Positions 20,575 to 30,341 of a DNA stretch of 64,000 nt are shown one piece after another (position 1 is the first letter of the stretch; each line of letters starts with the position of its first letter). A model generated the notes under the pieces. That model saw only the letters and a list, made by a program, of their open reading frames with translations. It had not been told where the DNA came from and ran no database searches. Source of the stretch: an uncultured Thermoleophilia bacterium (GTDB taxonomy: Bacteria; Actinomycetota; Thermoleophilia; UBA2241). The stretch is from assembly GCA_963702475.1 (NCBI GenBank), contig CAVPCT010000009.1, forward strand, positions 160,001 through 224,000. Direction: 5' to 3'. The translations under genes and the position numbers were made by a program.

Positions 20575-20629
20575 GCCGCACCAGGGCGGCGGCCGGCGGC
20601 GGTGAGGCCGCGCTCACCCGCGCCGAGCC

Positions 20630-21391
20630 TCAGAGGCACATCCCCCGGTCGACCACCAGCACCTGCCCGGTGACGTACCGCGCAGCGTCGCTGGCCAGGA
20701 AGAGGATCGCCTCCGCCTGGTCGAGCACGTCGGACTCGCCGACGCTCATGTCGGTGTGCCGGGCGCAGATGGCCATGAACTCCCGGTCGAACTGCTCCAG
20801 CTTCTCCGGCAGGTTGAGCTCGGTGGGCGTCGGGCCGGGGCAGACGGCGTTGCAGCGGATCCCGGTGCCCGCGTACTGGATGGCGATGTTCTTCGTCAGG
20901 CCGATGACGCCGTACTTGGAGGCGGAGTACGCGGCGCCGCCGTTGCCGTAGACGCCGGCGATGGACGAGACGTTGACGATGCTGCCGGCCTGTCCCTCGT
21001 GGGCGCGCAGCAGGAACTCGCGGCAGAAGGAGAAGGTGCCGGTGAGGTTGACGGCGAGAACGGTGTCCCAGAGGTCGTCCGTCACGCGGATCGTCGGCGT
21101 GTGACGATCGACGATGCCCGCGTTGTTGACGAGGACGTCGATGCGTCCGAAGCGCTTGACGGTCTCGTCGCACACGTTGCGGCAGTCGTCGACGACGGTG
21201 ACGTCGGCGGGCAGGACGAAGGCCCTTCCGCCCGCCGCCTCGATGCGGTCGGCGACCTCTGCGAGCTTGTCGGCGCGGCGCGCGACCAGGACGACGGTCG
21301 CCCCCTCGCGCGCGAACAGTTCCGCTGTCGCCTCGCCGATGCCGGCGTTGGCTCCGGTGATGATGGCGATCTTGCCGACCAGCCTGTCCAA
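20630..21391 (-). CDS. Short-chain dehydrogenase/reductase
   Basis: TGANAGIG, NNAG, YSASK, NAVCPG. Confidence 0.9.
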   Translation of the reverse strand: MDRLVGKIAIITGANAGIGEATAELFAREGATVVLVARRADKLAEVADRIEAAGGRAFVLPADVTVVDDCRNVCDETVKRFGRIDVLVNNAGIVDRHTPTIRVTDDLWDTVLAVNLTGTFSFCREFLLRAHEGQAGSIVNVSSIAGVYGNGGAAYSASKYGVIGLTKNIAIQYAGTGIRCNAVCPGPTPTELNLPEKLEQFDREFMAICARHTDMSVGESDVLDQAEAILFLASDAARYVTGQVLVVDRGMCL

Positions 21392-21402
21392 GTCCGTCCT
21401 CC

Positions 21403-22161
21403 TCAGGTGCGCGTGGCGCCGCCGTCCACGGACAGCGCCTGGCCGGTGATGAACGCGGCCTCGTCGGAGGCCAGGTAGAGCACGGCGCTGGCGACCTCTT
21501 CCGGCGTGCCGACACGGTGCAGCGGCACGATGCTCACGATCTCTTCGGGCACCTGGTCGGCGAAGACGCGCGTCAGCCCCGGCGTGGCGACGGGCCCGGG
21601 GCAGACGCAGTTGACGGTGATGTCGTAGGCCGCGGCCTCCAGAGCCAGCGCCTTGGTGAAGGCGATCACGCCGCCCTTGACGGCCGAGTACACCGCCATG
21701 TTGGGGCCACCGATCTTGCCTGCGACGGCGCCGGTCGTGATGATCCTGCCGTATCCGCGCGCCATCATCCCGGGGAGCACGGCCCGGCAGGCGCGGAGCG
21801 TGCTCGTGAGGTTCATCGCGATCATGCGCGCCCAGAAGTCCTCGTTCTGTTCGACGAACGGCTTCTGCGGGGCGAGGTCGGGGTCGCCGCCGGCGTAGGT
21901 GAACAGGACGTCGGCCTTGCCGAACTCGGCCTCCGCCGTGTCAATCATGCGGGTGACGGTCTCCGGGTCGGTGATGTCACCGGGCGCGAGCGCGATCCTG
22001 CCGCCGCTTGCGCAGATCGCGGCGGCCAGGGTCTCGAGGCCCGCCGCGTCGATGTCGTTGACGACGACCGCGGCGCCCTCGGCGGCGAAGCCGAGCACGG
22101 CGGCTCTTCCCATCCCTGCTGCGCCGCCGGTCACGACGGCGACCTTCTCAGTGAAACGCAT
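21403..22161 (-). CDS. Short-chain dehydrogenase/reductase
   Basis: TGGAAGMG, YSAVK, NCVCPG, ITGQALSVDGG. Confidence 0.9.
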   Translation of the reverse strand: MRFTEKVAVVTGGAAGMGRAAVLGFAAEGAAVVVNDIDAAGLETLAAAICASGGRIALAPGDITDPETVTRMIDTAEAEFGKADVLFTYAGGDPDLAPQKPFVEQNEDFWARMIAMNLTSTLRACRAVLPGMMARGYGRIITTGAVAGKIGGPNMAVYSAVKGGVIAFTKALALEAAAYDITVNCVCPGPVATPGLTRVFADQVPEEIVSIVPLHRVGTPEEVASAVLYLASDEAAFITGQALSVDGGATRT

Positions 22162-22194
22162 GGGTCTCCTCAGCCTCTTCGGGTGACAGCGACA

Positions 22195-23151
22195 TCAGAG
22201 GGCCAGGCGGGCCGGCGCCTGTCGGTTCAGGTCCGCCGGCACCGGCGGCCCCTGTTCGATCAGCCGGTCGACGAGCTCACGATAGCCGTCGAGCCGCTCC
22301 GCGACGTCGTTGGTGCCCGTGTACGCCGCCTCCACGGCGAGGAACAGGAACACGTGCGTGAGCATGGTATCGCGCTGGTCGTAGTCGTTGTCCCAGGCGG
22401 CGCGCATCACGGCTTGCTCGTTGGCGCCGAAGAGGCTGTAGGCAACGAGTTCGTCCGGGACCGGCGGAGCGTCCGGGTTGCAGCGCAGGCCCGCGAGGTC
22501 CTCCGTGGGCCCGGAGGCGATGATGCGGAGCGCCTCTTGCACGGCCGCGCGGGTCTCCGAGTCCTCCTGCAGCGCCTCGGCGCGCGCGAGGCCGAGCAGG
22601 TCCGGGCTCAGCCGCTGCACGCCCCAGAACGCGTAGGTGCGCATGATGAGGCGTACGACCGGGTCGGGCTCGTCGGCGAGCGGCGGCTCGATGAGGCTGT
22701 TCATCCAGCGCACGAACACGCTGAAGGACTCGATGAACAGCTGCCGCTTGGTGCTGAAGTGCTGATAGAAGACGGGCAGGGTGATGCCGACCTCGGCGAT
22801 GATGTCGCCGATGCGCGCGCGCTTGTAGCCGTGGCGGGCGAAGTGGCGCGCCGCCGCCTGCAGGATCGCGGCGCGCGTCTCCGCCGTGCGGCGGGCGACG
22901 AGGTCGGGCTCGGCCGCCGCCTGCTGCTCGATGAGCGGCCGGATGCTCGCGCGGATCGAGTCGAGGTCGGCGCCGGCGGTCTTGAGGCGGCGGATCTCCG
23001 TGAGCAGCGCGACGTGCGTGTCGCTGTACAACGCACGGCTGGCCGCCGCCTTCTGTGCCTGCGGCAGCAGGCCCTCGCGCACGTAGAAGTAGATCGTGCT
23101 GCGCGGCGTGCTCGTCGCTGCTTCGAGCTCCGTGATCGTCAGCGCCCTCAC
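22195..23151 (-). CDS. MerR-HTH + TetR fusion regulator (copy 1)
   Basis: N-terminal LTITELEAATSTPRSTIYFYVREGLLP (MerR) followed by TRAAILQAAARHFARHGY...FYQHFSTK (TetR); GGAGG RBS. Confidence 0.85.
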   Translation of the reverse strand: MRALTITELEAATSTPRSTIYFYVREGLLPQAQKAAASRALYSDTHVALLTEIRRLKTAGADLDSIRASIRPLIEQQAAAEPDLVARRTAETRAAILQAAARHFARHGYKRARIGDIIAEVGITLPVFYQHFSTKRQLFIESFSVFVRWMNSLIEPPLADEPDPVVRLIMRTYAFWGVQRLSPDLLGLARAEALQEDSETRAAVQEALRIIASGPTEDLAGLRCNPDAPPVPDELVAYSLFGANEQAVMRAAWDNDYDQRDTMLTHVFLFLAVEAAYTGTNDVAERLDGYRELVDRLIEQGPPVPADLNRQAPARLAL

Positions 23152-23168
23152 GCGCCCTCCGTCTGCGA

Positions 23169-23198
23169 TTGACACGACCTTGCGCAGAACTCTAGCAT
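23169..23198 (+). promoter_or_regulatory. Sigma70-type promoter of the ferredoxin/flavoprotein/hydrolase operon
   Basis: TTGACA-18 bp-TAGCAT in an AT-richer divergent intergenic region. Confidence 0.5.
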
Positions 23199-23274
23199 GC
23201 ATAGCAACTATTCCAAGTCCTATAGCTCGCCGTCGCAGCCCGGCGGCGGAGATGCCAGGAGGTAGCGGGGAGAC

Positions 23275-23529
23275 ATGAACCAGGTCCTCATCGACTTCGA
23301 CGCGTGCACCGGCTGCAAGACCTGTTACCGGGCCTGTTTCGCCGACGTGATCCGCTGGGACGCGGAGGCGAAGCTGCCCCTCGTCGCGTACCCGGAAGAC
23401 TGCGTGCACTGCAACCTCTGCGAGATCAGCTGCAAGGACGAGGCCATCACCATCGTGGCCGACTGGGACGTGCCGTACCCGCCGGTCATCGAGCGCGGGT
23501 TCCCGTACAGAGTGGGAGGCCTGCGATGA
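23275..23529 (+). CDS. 2x[4Fe-4S] ferredoxin (AprB-like small subunit)
   Basis: CTGCKTCYRAC and CVHCNLCEISC; overlaps the next gene (ATGA). Confidence 0.9.
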   Translation: MNQVLIDFDACTGCKTCYRACFADVIRWDAEAKLPLVAYPEDCVHCNLCEISCKDEAITIVADWDVPYPPVIERGFPYRVGGLR

Positions 23530-25253
23530 CCGACCTCTCGCATCTCGGCCGGATCGAGACCGCAGACATCCTGGTGGTCGGCGGCGGCATCGGGGGTCTG
23601 GTCGCCGCCGTCGCGGCGAAGGAGAAGAACCCGGACGCCGACGTGCTCGTCGTCGAGCGCGCGACCTGCGGCTGGGCCGGCCAGGCCAACAAGGGGGCCG
23701 GCATCTGGTGGTACCTCGCCCCCGAGGACGACGCGGACGCGTTCGTGAAGTTCCACTGCGACCACATCGGCCACTACATCGAGGACCAGGAGCTGCTCGC
23801 CGAGTTCGGGCGCGAGAGCATGGACACGCTCGAGCGCATGGACGGCTGGACGCACAAGTTCCAGCGCCGTGAAGACGGGCAGTTCATCCACAAGCGCTTC
23901 AAGCCGTTCCTGCCCTGGAGCCTCACCGGCGCCGACCTCGACCTCATGCGCGTGCTCGCACGCCACGCGAAGAGGCTCGGCGTGCGCTTCATCGACAAGA
24001 CGTCGCTCACCGACCTGCTCACCGACGGCGGCCGCGTGGCCGGCGCCGTCGGCTTCGACCTGCTGGACGGCTCGCCCATCATCGTGCAGGCGCCGGCCGC
24101 CATCATCGCCACCGGCGGCCAGAGCTACCGCATCATGGGAATGTGGAGCTGCCAGCGCGGCGACGGCCTGGGTATGGCATGGCGCGCCGGAGCCGAGATG
24201 CGCAACGCCGAGTGGGGCCCGTTCGCCCAGCTCGCCGGCATCCGCGGCAAGGAGCCGCTCATCGGCGCGGAGGACGCCCTGTACAACGCGTGGCACGAGA
24301 AGCTCTCGCCGCGGTTCCGCGGCGAGTACGAGGCCGACGTGTGCGGCATGACCAGCGCCACCTGGTACAAGGAGATGGTGGCAGGCAACGGGCCGCTCGT
24401 GACGTTCCACCCGGAGAACTGGATGCTCGCCAACACCACCGAGGACGTTGAAGGCGGCACCGTGTGGGACCGCCCCGTCGCCGTGAAGTTCTGGACGACG
24501 CTCATCAGCCGCATCCGCGCCGCCGACGCGCCGGGCGCCTTTCTCGAGGTGTACCCGGCCGTACTCGGCGAGCTCTCGCCGATCAAGGTCGACCACCAGA
24601 TGGCGACGACGGTGCCGGGTCTCTACGCCTGCGGCAACGCCTGCTACAACGGCTCAGGCCTGCCCGGCGCCGTGCCCGCCTCGCCCGGGCGCATGCGCGG
24701 AGCCGGGCTCTACGGCGCCACCTTCATGGGCATCCGCGCCGGCGAGTCGGCGGCAGCCCAGGTGTCTCGCGCCGCGTCGCCCAAGCCCGACGCGGCGCAG
24801 GCCGAGGCGCTGGTCCACGAGGCACTCGCGCCGCTCGAGCGCGCTGATGGCACACCGGCCATGGACCTCGTCAAGGCCGTGCAGTACGCCGTGAACCCCG
24901 TCGGCTACTCGATCTACAAGAGCGAAGAGCGCATGAACGAGGCGCTCCAGCTCGTCCTGGACGTCAAGGAGCGCCTGCACCAGGCCAAGGCGGCCGACCC
25001 GCACTACCTGGTGGCCGCCCACGACGCGCGCAACATGGTCCTGAGCGCCGAGCTCTTCTACCGCACGGCGCTCGAGCGCAAGGAGTCGCGTGGCTGGTTC
25101 ATCCGCGAGGACTACCCCGAGCGCGACGACGCGCACTGGCTCAAGTGGATCAACGCCGCCGCCAGCGCGGGCGGCGGCGACATGCGCATCTGGACCGAGG
25201 ACGTGCCGCTGGAGCAGTACCCGTTCCGGCCGGCCGCAGCCGAGAGGAGCTGA
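23526..25253 (+). CDS. SDH/Frd/AprA-superfamily flavoprotein of unknown substrate
   Basis: ILVVGGGIGG, IIATGG, GDGLGMAWRAGAEMRN, GLYACG, RKESRG...REDYPERDD. Confidence 0.85.
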   Translation: MTDLSHLGRIETADILVVGGGIGGLVAAVAAKEKNPDADVLVVERATCGWAGQANKGAGIWWYLAPEDDADAFVKFHCDHIGHYIEDQELLAEFGRESMDTLERMDGWTHKFQRREDGQFIHKRFKPFLPWSLTGADLDLMRVLARHAKRLGVRFIDKTSLTDLLTDGGRVAGAVGFDLLDGSPIIVQAPAAIIATGGQSYRIMGMWSCQRGDGLGMAWRAGAEMRNAEWGPFAQLAGIRGKEPLIGAEDALYNAWHEKLSPRFRGEYEADVCGMTSATWYKEMVAGNGPLVTFHPENWMLANTTEDVEGGTVWDRPVAVKFWTTLISRIRAADAPGAFLEVYPAVLGELSPIKVDHQMATTVPGLYACGNACYNGSGLPGAVPASPGRMRGAGLYGATFMGIRAGESAAAQVSRAASPKPDAAQAEALVHEALAPLERADGTPAMDLVKAVQYAVNPVGYSIYKSEERMNEALQLVLDVKERLHQAKAADPHYLVAAHDARNMVLSAELFYRTALERKESRGWFIREDYPERDDAHWLKWINAAASAGGGDMRIWTEDVPLEQYPFRPAAAERS

Positions 25254-25257
25254 CCCG

Positions 25258-26112
25258 ATGGCGACCAGCAGGGAGTGCGCCGCGCGCGAACCCGCGCCGC
25301 TCACGGCGGAAGAGCAGGCCAGGCCGTACGCCAAGTACTACACGATGGACCTGGGCGGGGCCGACCCGGCAGCCCTGGAGCTCATGGCCCGCGACCGGCA
25401 GGTCCCGCAGGGCAAGATGCTCATGCCGGAGGACCTGGACAGGCTGCTCGACCCGGGCAACTTCGAGGTCGAGACCGGCTGGGGCATGATGGACAACGGC
25501 GCCGGTTACATCGCCATGCGCCACGAGATGCCGGGCGTCACCGTCGAGATGATCGACTGGTGGTTCGCCTGGCACCCCCTCGAGCCGCTGCGCTACCGCA
25601 TCTGGTACCCGCAGTACCACCTGGGCATCGGTCTCGACGAGTGGGTGCGTCCCCGCCTCAAGGACCCCGACGTCCCCGTGCGCGACAAGGTCGAGCAGGT
25701 CGTCCACCACGTGACCGAGGACACGGGCTGCGGCACCGAGCACATCGACATCCACTTCCTCACGCCGGAGCAGATGGGCTTCGACATGAACCGCTGGCAC
25801 GCGCCCAACGTGGGCACCTTCGTCGGCGGCTTCGGCTTCAGCCTCAACGAGCACCAGCCGGCGGATCTCCCCGCGGCGCCGGCCATCATGGTCCACTTCG
25901 TGCGCGAGATGGACGGCGGCGTGGAGTGGCGCACGCGCTTCTGGATGGGCTACACCATCATGGGCGGCCACCCGGTGTGCATGCTGCCGCCGGGCGTGCG
26001 CATCCCCGAAGAGGTGCCGCACGGCCTCGCCAACCACAACGTGCACGAGTACGGGCGCCTCAAGGCGCTGCTGCCGCTGATCTACGCCGAGCTCGGCGGC
26101 ACCTACGCATGA
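25258..26112 (+). CDS. Phloretin hydrolase/DAPG hydrolase (Phy/PhlG family) paralog 1
   Basis: PYAKYY, ETGW, MPGVTVEMIDWWFAWH, RYRIWYP, RTRFWMG; metal ligands H...E...HNVHE. Confidence 0.9.
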   Translation: MATSRECAAREPAPLTAEEQARPYAKYYTMDLGGADPAALELMARDRQVPQGKMLMPEDLDRLLDPGNFEVETGWGMMDNGAGYIAMRHEMPGVTVEMIDWWFAWHPLEPLRYRIWYPQYHLGIGLDEWVRPRLKDPDVPVRDKVEQVVHHVTEDTGCGTEHIDIHFLTPEQMGFDMNRWHAPNVGTFVGGFGFSLNEHQPADLPAAPAIMVHFVREMDGGVEWRTRFWMGYTIMGGHPVCMLPPGVRIPEEVPHGLANHNVHEYGRLKALLPLIYAELGGTYA

Positions 26113-27869
26113 GCGCTGACCCGGTCTACTACGACGCTCTGGTCAAGGACTACGACCTGCCGGTGACGATGCGCGACGGCGTCACCCTGCGCGTGGACGT
26201 GTACCGCCCCGACGCGCCCGGTCAGTTCCCCGTCCTCTACACGTGCGCCATGCACAACAAGGACCTGCAGCGGGTGGAGGTGGCCGAGAGCCTCAGGGTC
26301 GGGCAGCCCGCCTGGTCCACGCAGTGGTACGGGGTGATCGAGGGGGGAGACTCGAAGCGCTTCGTGGCCCACGGCTACGTGCACGTGATCGCGCAGGTGC
26401 GCGGCGGCCACAAGTCGGAGGGTGAGCTCCTCGTCGGCGACGAGTGGGACCACTACGACACCATCGAGTGGATCTGCTCCCAGCCGTGGTGCGACGGCAA
26501 CGTCGGCATGGTCGGCCTCTCGGCCTTCGCCGCCGAGCAGTGGAGGGCCGCCGCCCAGGGACACCCGGCGCTCAAGGCCATCTTCCCCCTGGACGCCGGC
26601 GGCTGCTACGGAGGGCTCGAGGGCTTCCGCGACCAGCACCCGGGCGGCGTGATCCAGACGATGCCGTACCATATCGGCCTCTACAACAGCCTGCACGGGA
26701 GCATCGGCACGCCGCCTGAGCTGCCGCCGCCCCTGGAAGAGGCGTGGGCGGCGGCCATGCGGGACCCCGACTACCTGATGTACGTGAACCTGTACAACAT
26801 CCTCACGCTGAAGGGGCAGCGTGACCCGGGGATGTTCTATCCGCTGCTGTTCCCGTTCGAGCGCCCCGGCACCGTCGCGCGCACCGAGGAGCTCTTCGCC
26901 AAGATCAGGATCCCCTTCGTCACCGGGGCCTTCGAGGGCGCCTACACCTACAAGATGCACTGGCAGGGGGCGCAGCACTTCTTCGCCGGCGTCGACGTGC
27001 CGCACAAGCACCTCTTCGTCACCCCGCCGGCGCACGCAGAGCGCCCGTTCCACGAGTGGCACGACGAGATCATCCGCTGGTACGACCACTGGCTGAAGGG
27101 CGTCGACAACGGAGTCGAGGACGACCCTGCAGTGCGGGCCTGGATCATGGGCGAGAACAGGTGGCGCGAGTTCGACGCGTGGCCCGTGCCCGAGACGCGG
27201 TGGACAGAGTACTACCTGCACTCCTGGGAGAAGCTCGACACCAGGGGTCACCTGCCGGCCACGCGCACCTTCGTCGACGAACCGCCGGACGCCTTCGTGC
27301 AGATGCCGCCGACGCAGACCAACACCATCCAGCGGCTCCGCTACCTGACGGAGCCGCTGGCCGACGACACCCTCGTCGTCGGTCCCATCTCGCTCACCTT
27401 CTGGGCGTCACTCGACGAGGACGACACGAACTGGATCGTCATCCTCAAGGACGTCGGCCCGGACGTCTCGGTGCAGACCGTGCGACCCGGCGAGCGCGAG
27501 CGCCCCGCCGTGCCGGAGCGGGAGCTCACGCGCGGCTGGCTGAGGGCCTCACGCCGCGCGCTCGACCCCGAACGCTCGACGCCCTGGAAGCCCTGGCACC
27601 ACCTCAGCCCGGAGACCATCAGCCCGGTCGTGCCCGGCGCCGTCGAGGAGTACCAGGTGGAGATCCTCTCCACCGCCAACCTCTTCAAGACGGGCCACCG
27701 CATCTGCCTCGAGATCACCAGCCTGGACCTGGCCGAAGGAGTGGCCGGCGAGACCTTCGCGGAGTACATCCCCAACCACGTGTGCTCGAGCAGGACGGTG
27801 CTGCACAAGGTGTTCCACAACGCCGAGTACCCGTCGCACCTGCTGCTGCCCGTCGTCCCCCTCGAGTAG
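26109..27869 (+). CDS. CocE/NonD-family alpha/beta hydrolase
   Basis: MRDGVTLRVDVYRP, QPWCDGNVGMVGLS, RWYDHWLKG, PepX-type C-terminal domain (LFKTGHRICLEI, YPSHLLLPV). Confidence 0.9.
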   Translation: MSADPVYYDALVKDYDLPVTMRDGVTLRVDVYRPDAPGQFPVLYTCAMHNKDLQRVEVAESLRVGQPAWSTQWYGVIEGGDSKRFVAHGYVHVIAQVRGGHKSEGELLVGDEWDHYDTIEWICSQPWCDGNVGMVGLSAFAAEQWRAAAQGHPALKAIFPLDAGGCYGGLEGFRDQHPGGVIQTMPYHIGLYNSLHGSIGTPPELPPPLEEAWAAAMRDPDYLMYVNLYNILTLKGQRDPGMFYPLLFPFERPGTVARTEELFAKIRIPFVTGAFEGAYTYKMHWQGAQHFFAGVDVPHKHLFVTPPAHAERPFHEWHDEIIRWYDHWLKGVDNGVEDDPAVRAWIMGENRWREFDAWPVPETRWTEYYLHSWEKLDTRGHLPATRTFVDEPPDAFVQMPPTQTNTIQRLRYLTEPLADDTLVVGPISLTFWASLDEDDTNWIVILKDVGPDVSVQTVRPGERERPAVPERELTRGWLRASRRALDPERSTPWKPWHHLSPETISPVVPGAVEEYQVEILSTANLFKTGHRICLEITSLDLAEGVAGETFAEYIPNHVCSSRTVLHKVFHNAEYPSHLLLPVVPLE

Positions 27870-27884
27870 AGCGAGAGGAGAGCA

Positions 27885-28667
27885 ATGCTCAAGAGCATCG
27901 TCATGATGGACCTGCCCATCGACGACATCGCCGAGATGGAGCGCTGGTATTACGAGGCGCACTCCTCGGAGATCTCGCGGCGGTACGGGCCCTGGCTGCA
28001 GCGCCACGAGAGCTACGTGGCGCTGGACGCGCCCGAGGACGCGCGCCAGTTCGGCTTCTACAACTGGCGCGTCACCGAGTGCTGCTGGCGCGAGATGCCG
28101 CAGGCGGGGCCGGCCGGCGCCTACTGCTTCACGCCGGCCCCCGTCTGGAACCCTATCGCCACCTGCGCCGTCAAGCCGCAGCCCGACGACGACTTCTTCG
28201 GCTGGGACGGCTTCTCCACGCAGGGCGCCAGCATCCGCTGGTTCATCCTCCTGCGGTATCCGTTGGGCGTGCGCCTCAAGGACGGCGAGGACTGGTTCCG
28301 CAACGTGCACGCCCCGGAGGTGTGCCGGCAGCCGGGGCTCACACGCTTCTTCAGCCACAAGTGCGAGCAGGCGGCGGTCCCGCTGCCCGGCGTGTGGCAC
28401 CCGGACGCCTCGCCGCCCCAGGACTACCTCATGGTCCAGTGGGACCGCGTCGTGGAGCTCTGGTACCCGAGCTTCAGCGCCTGGCGCAAGGCGGTCATCG
28501 AGGAGCCGCCGGTCTACACGCCGCCGGAGTGGGCGACCGACGACTTCTACAAGGACGGCTACGCCCGGTACCCGTTCTTCAAGCCCGGCGTGGACTTCGT
28601 CAGCACGTTCCTGCTCGAGCGCCCCGCCGACGAGTTCCTGCGCGACACGCGCTACTACCGGCCGTGA
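27885..28667 (+). CDS. Bacterial chalcone isomerase-like protein (tandem ferredoxin-like fold)
   Basis: ERWYYEAH, FGFYNWRVTECCW, YPLGV..KDGEDWF, DRVVELWY, PEWA...YPFFKP are collinear with Eubacterium ramulus CHI as I recall it. Confidence 0.75.
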   Translation: MLKSIVMMDLPIDDIAEMERWYYEAHSSEISRRYGPWLQRHESYVALDAPEDARQFGFYNWRVTECCWREMPQAGPAGAYCFTPAPVWNPIATCAVKPQPDDDFFGWDGFSTQGASIRWFILLRYPLGVRLKDGEDWFRNVHAPEVCRQPGLTRFFSHKCEQAAVPLPGVWHPDASPPQDYLMVQWDRVVELWYPSFSAWRKAVIEEPPVYTPPEWATDDFYKDGYARYPFFKPGVDFVSTFLLERPADEFLRDTRYYRP

Positions 28668-28683
28668 CGAGGAGGTCGAGACG

Positions 28684-29523
28684 ATGCCCGTGAGACAGCT
28701 CACGCCCGAAGAAGAGGCCAAGCCGTACGCGAAGTACTACCACCGTCCGGTGACGCCGCCGGACGCGGACCTGGTCGCGCTCATCCGGCCGGACGTGCAG
28801 ATCGACCCGGCCCTGGCGCTGCCGCCGGAGCGCATCAGCGACCTGCTCGACCCCGGCTACCACGAGGTCGAGACCGGCTGGTGCATCATGCCCGACGGCA
28901 GCGGCTACCTGGCCGTGCACAACCGCATGCCCGGCGTCACCGTGGAGATGCTCGACTGGTGGTTCTGGTGGCACTCCATGGCCAGCGTGCGCTACGGCCT
29001 GTGGTATCCGCCGGGGCACTACGGCATCTCCATAAGCCGGAGGTCGCGCGCCCGGCTCAGCGACCCGGACGTACCGGCCAAGGACAAGATCTACGGCCGC
29101 ACCGACCACGTGGTCGAGGACATCGGCACCGGCGCGGAGGACATCTACATCTGCTTCTGCGCGCCCGAGGAGATGGGCTTCGACATGAGCCGCTTCCATG
29201 CCCCGCACGTGGCGGCCGTGTACGGCGGCTACGGCTTCGACCAGCCGCAGGGCGCCAGGCCGAGCGACATCCGCGCGCCCGCCATCATGTGCCACTTCAT
29301 ACGCGAGCTCCCCGACGCCGAGGGCGTCGAGTTCCGCTCGCGCTTCTGGATGGGTTACAAGCTCATCGACGGCGAGCCCGTGCTGGCCATCCCGCCGGGC
29401 GAGTCGGTGCCGGCCGCGGTGCCCTACGGCCTCGCCGATCACAACGTCAAGGAGTACTGCAACCTCAAGTCGCTGCTGCCCGAGGTCTGGGCGGAGTTCA
29501 AGGACGAGGACCCGGCTCTGTGA
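28684..29523 (+). CDS. Phy/PhlG-family hydrolase paralog 2
   Basis: PYAKYY, MPGVTVEMLDWWFWWH, HVVED, RSRFWMG, HNVKE. Confidence 0.9.
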   Translation: MPVRQLTPEEEAKPYAKYYHRPVTPPDADLVALIRPDVQIDPALALPPERISDLLDPGYHEVETGWCIMPDGSGYLAVHNRMPGVTVEMLDWWFWWHSMASVRYGLWYPPGHYGISISRRSRARLSDPDVPAKDKIYGRTDHVVEDIGTGAEDIYICFCAPEEMGFDMSRFHAPHVAAVYGGYGFDQPQGARPSDIRAPAIMCHFIRELPDAEGVEFRSRFWMGYKLIDGEPVLAIPPGESVPAAVPYGLADHNVKEYCNLKSLLPEVWAEFKDEDPAL

Positions 29524-29542
29524 AGCCGCGCGGAGGAACCCC

Positions 29543-30337
29543 ATGCCAATGAAGCTGATGGCGGCGTCACGCCGCCGGCCTGGACTCACCAGGGCGGAGT
29601 ACTTCCGCTACATCGAGCACTACCACGGCACGGTGGCGCGCCTGGAGCGCTTCAAGATCGAGAAGTACATCCAGAACCACGTGATCGACGGCGCCTTCGG
29701 CGTGATCTCCGACGCCGGCGGCCACAAGAACAAGGTCGCCGACAGGGACGCCGTCGTCGAGCTCCACTTCGACAGCTTCCGCGACATGCTGGCCACCCTC
29801 GAGCCCGAGGGGGTGACCCAGTCGCGGGCCAACCAGGACGGCCGCTTCTTCGCCGACGAGCCGACCAACATCATCGTCATGGCCGAGGAGACCGAGCTTC
29901 CCGTGGCCAAGCCCCTGCCGGACTTCAATCCGGGACTGGGTGAGCCGGGGCACGGAGCTCTCAAGGTGATGCAGTTCGTCATGCGCCGCCCCGACGTCTT
30001 CCCCCAGGACTTCCACCGGCTCTGGTGCCGGGCTCACGACGAGGCCCTGGCGGCGAGCCCGTACGCGAACGACATGTTCCGCAGGATCGTCGTGAGCAAG
30101 CGCTCCCGGGTGAACGACAACGACGCGGCCGCCCGGGCGCACTTCAAGATGGTCGACCCGCCGGTGTACGACCTCGTGGTCTCGTTCATCCTCGACAGCG
30201 TGGAGCAGGCCGGCGCCTTCAGGCAGTACTTCGACGCCGTCACGAGCAGCCCGCTGGAGTTCGCCGACTGGTCGGAGTCGTTCTTCCTCTACGTGAGGCA
30301 GGTGCGGATCATCGACGACGCGCCGCCGAAGGAGTAG
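29543..30337 (+). CDS. Tandem EthD-domain protein
   Basis: [27 protein letters not shown]...YIQNH...DAVVELHFDS, with a second repeat LKVMQFVMRRPD...FHRLW. Confidence 0.75.
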   Translation: MPMKLMAASRRRPGLTRAEYFRYIEHYHGTVARLERFKIEKYIQNHVIDGAFGVISDAGGHKNKVADRDAVVELHFDSFRDMLATLEPEGVTQSRANQDGRFFADEPTNIIVMAEETELPVAKPLPDFNPGLGEPGHGALKVMQFVMRRPDVFPQDFHRLWCRAHDEALAASPYANDMFRRIVVSKRSRVNDNDAAARAHFKMVDPPVYDLVVSFILDSVEQAGAFRQYFDAVTSSPLEFADWSESFFLYVRQVRIIDDAPPKE

Positions 30338-30341
30338 TGCC

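Noticed and set aside
23275-25253. Calling the ferredoxin/flavoprotein pairs aprBA or sdhA
   Set aside because: No sat/qmo/dsr or sdhBCD neighbours, no covalent-FAD His motif, and a short ferredoxin; only superfamily-level similarity is supported.
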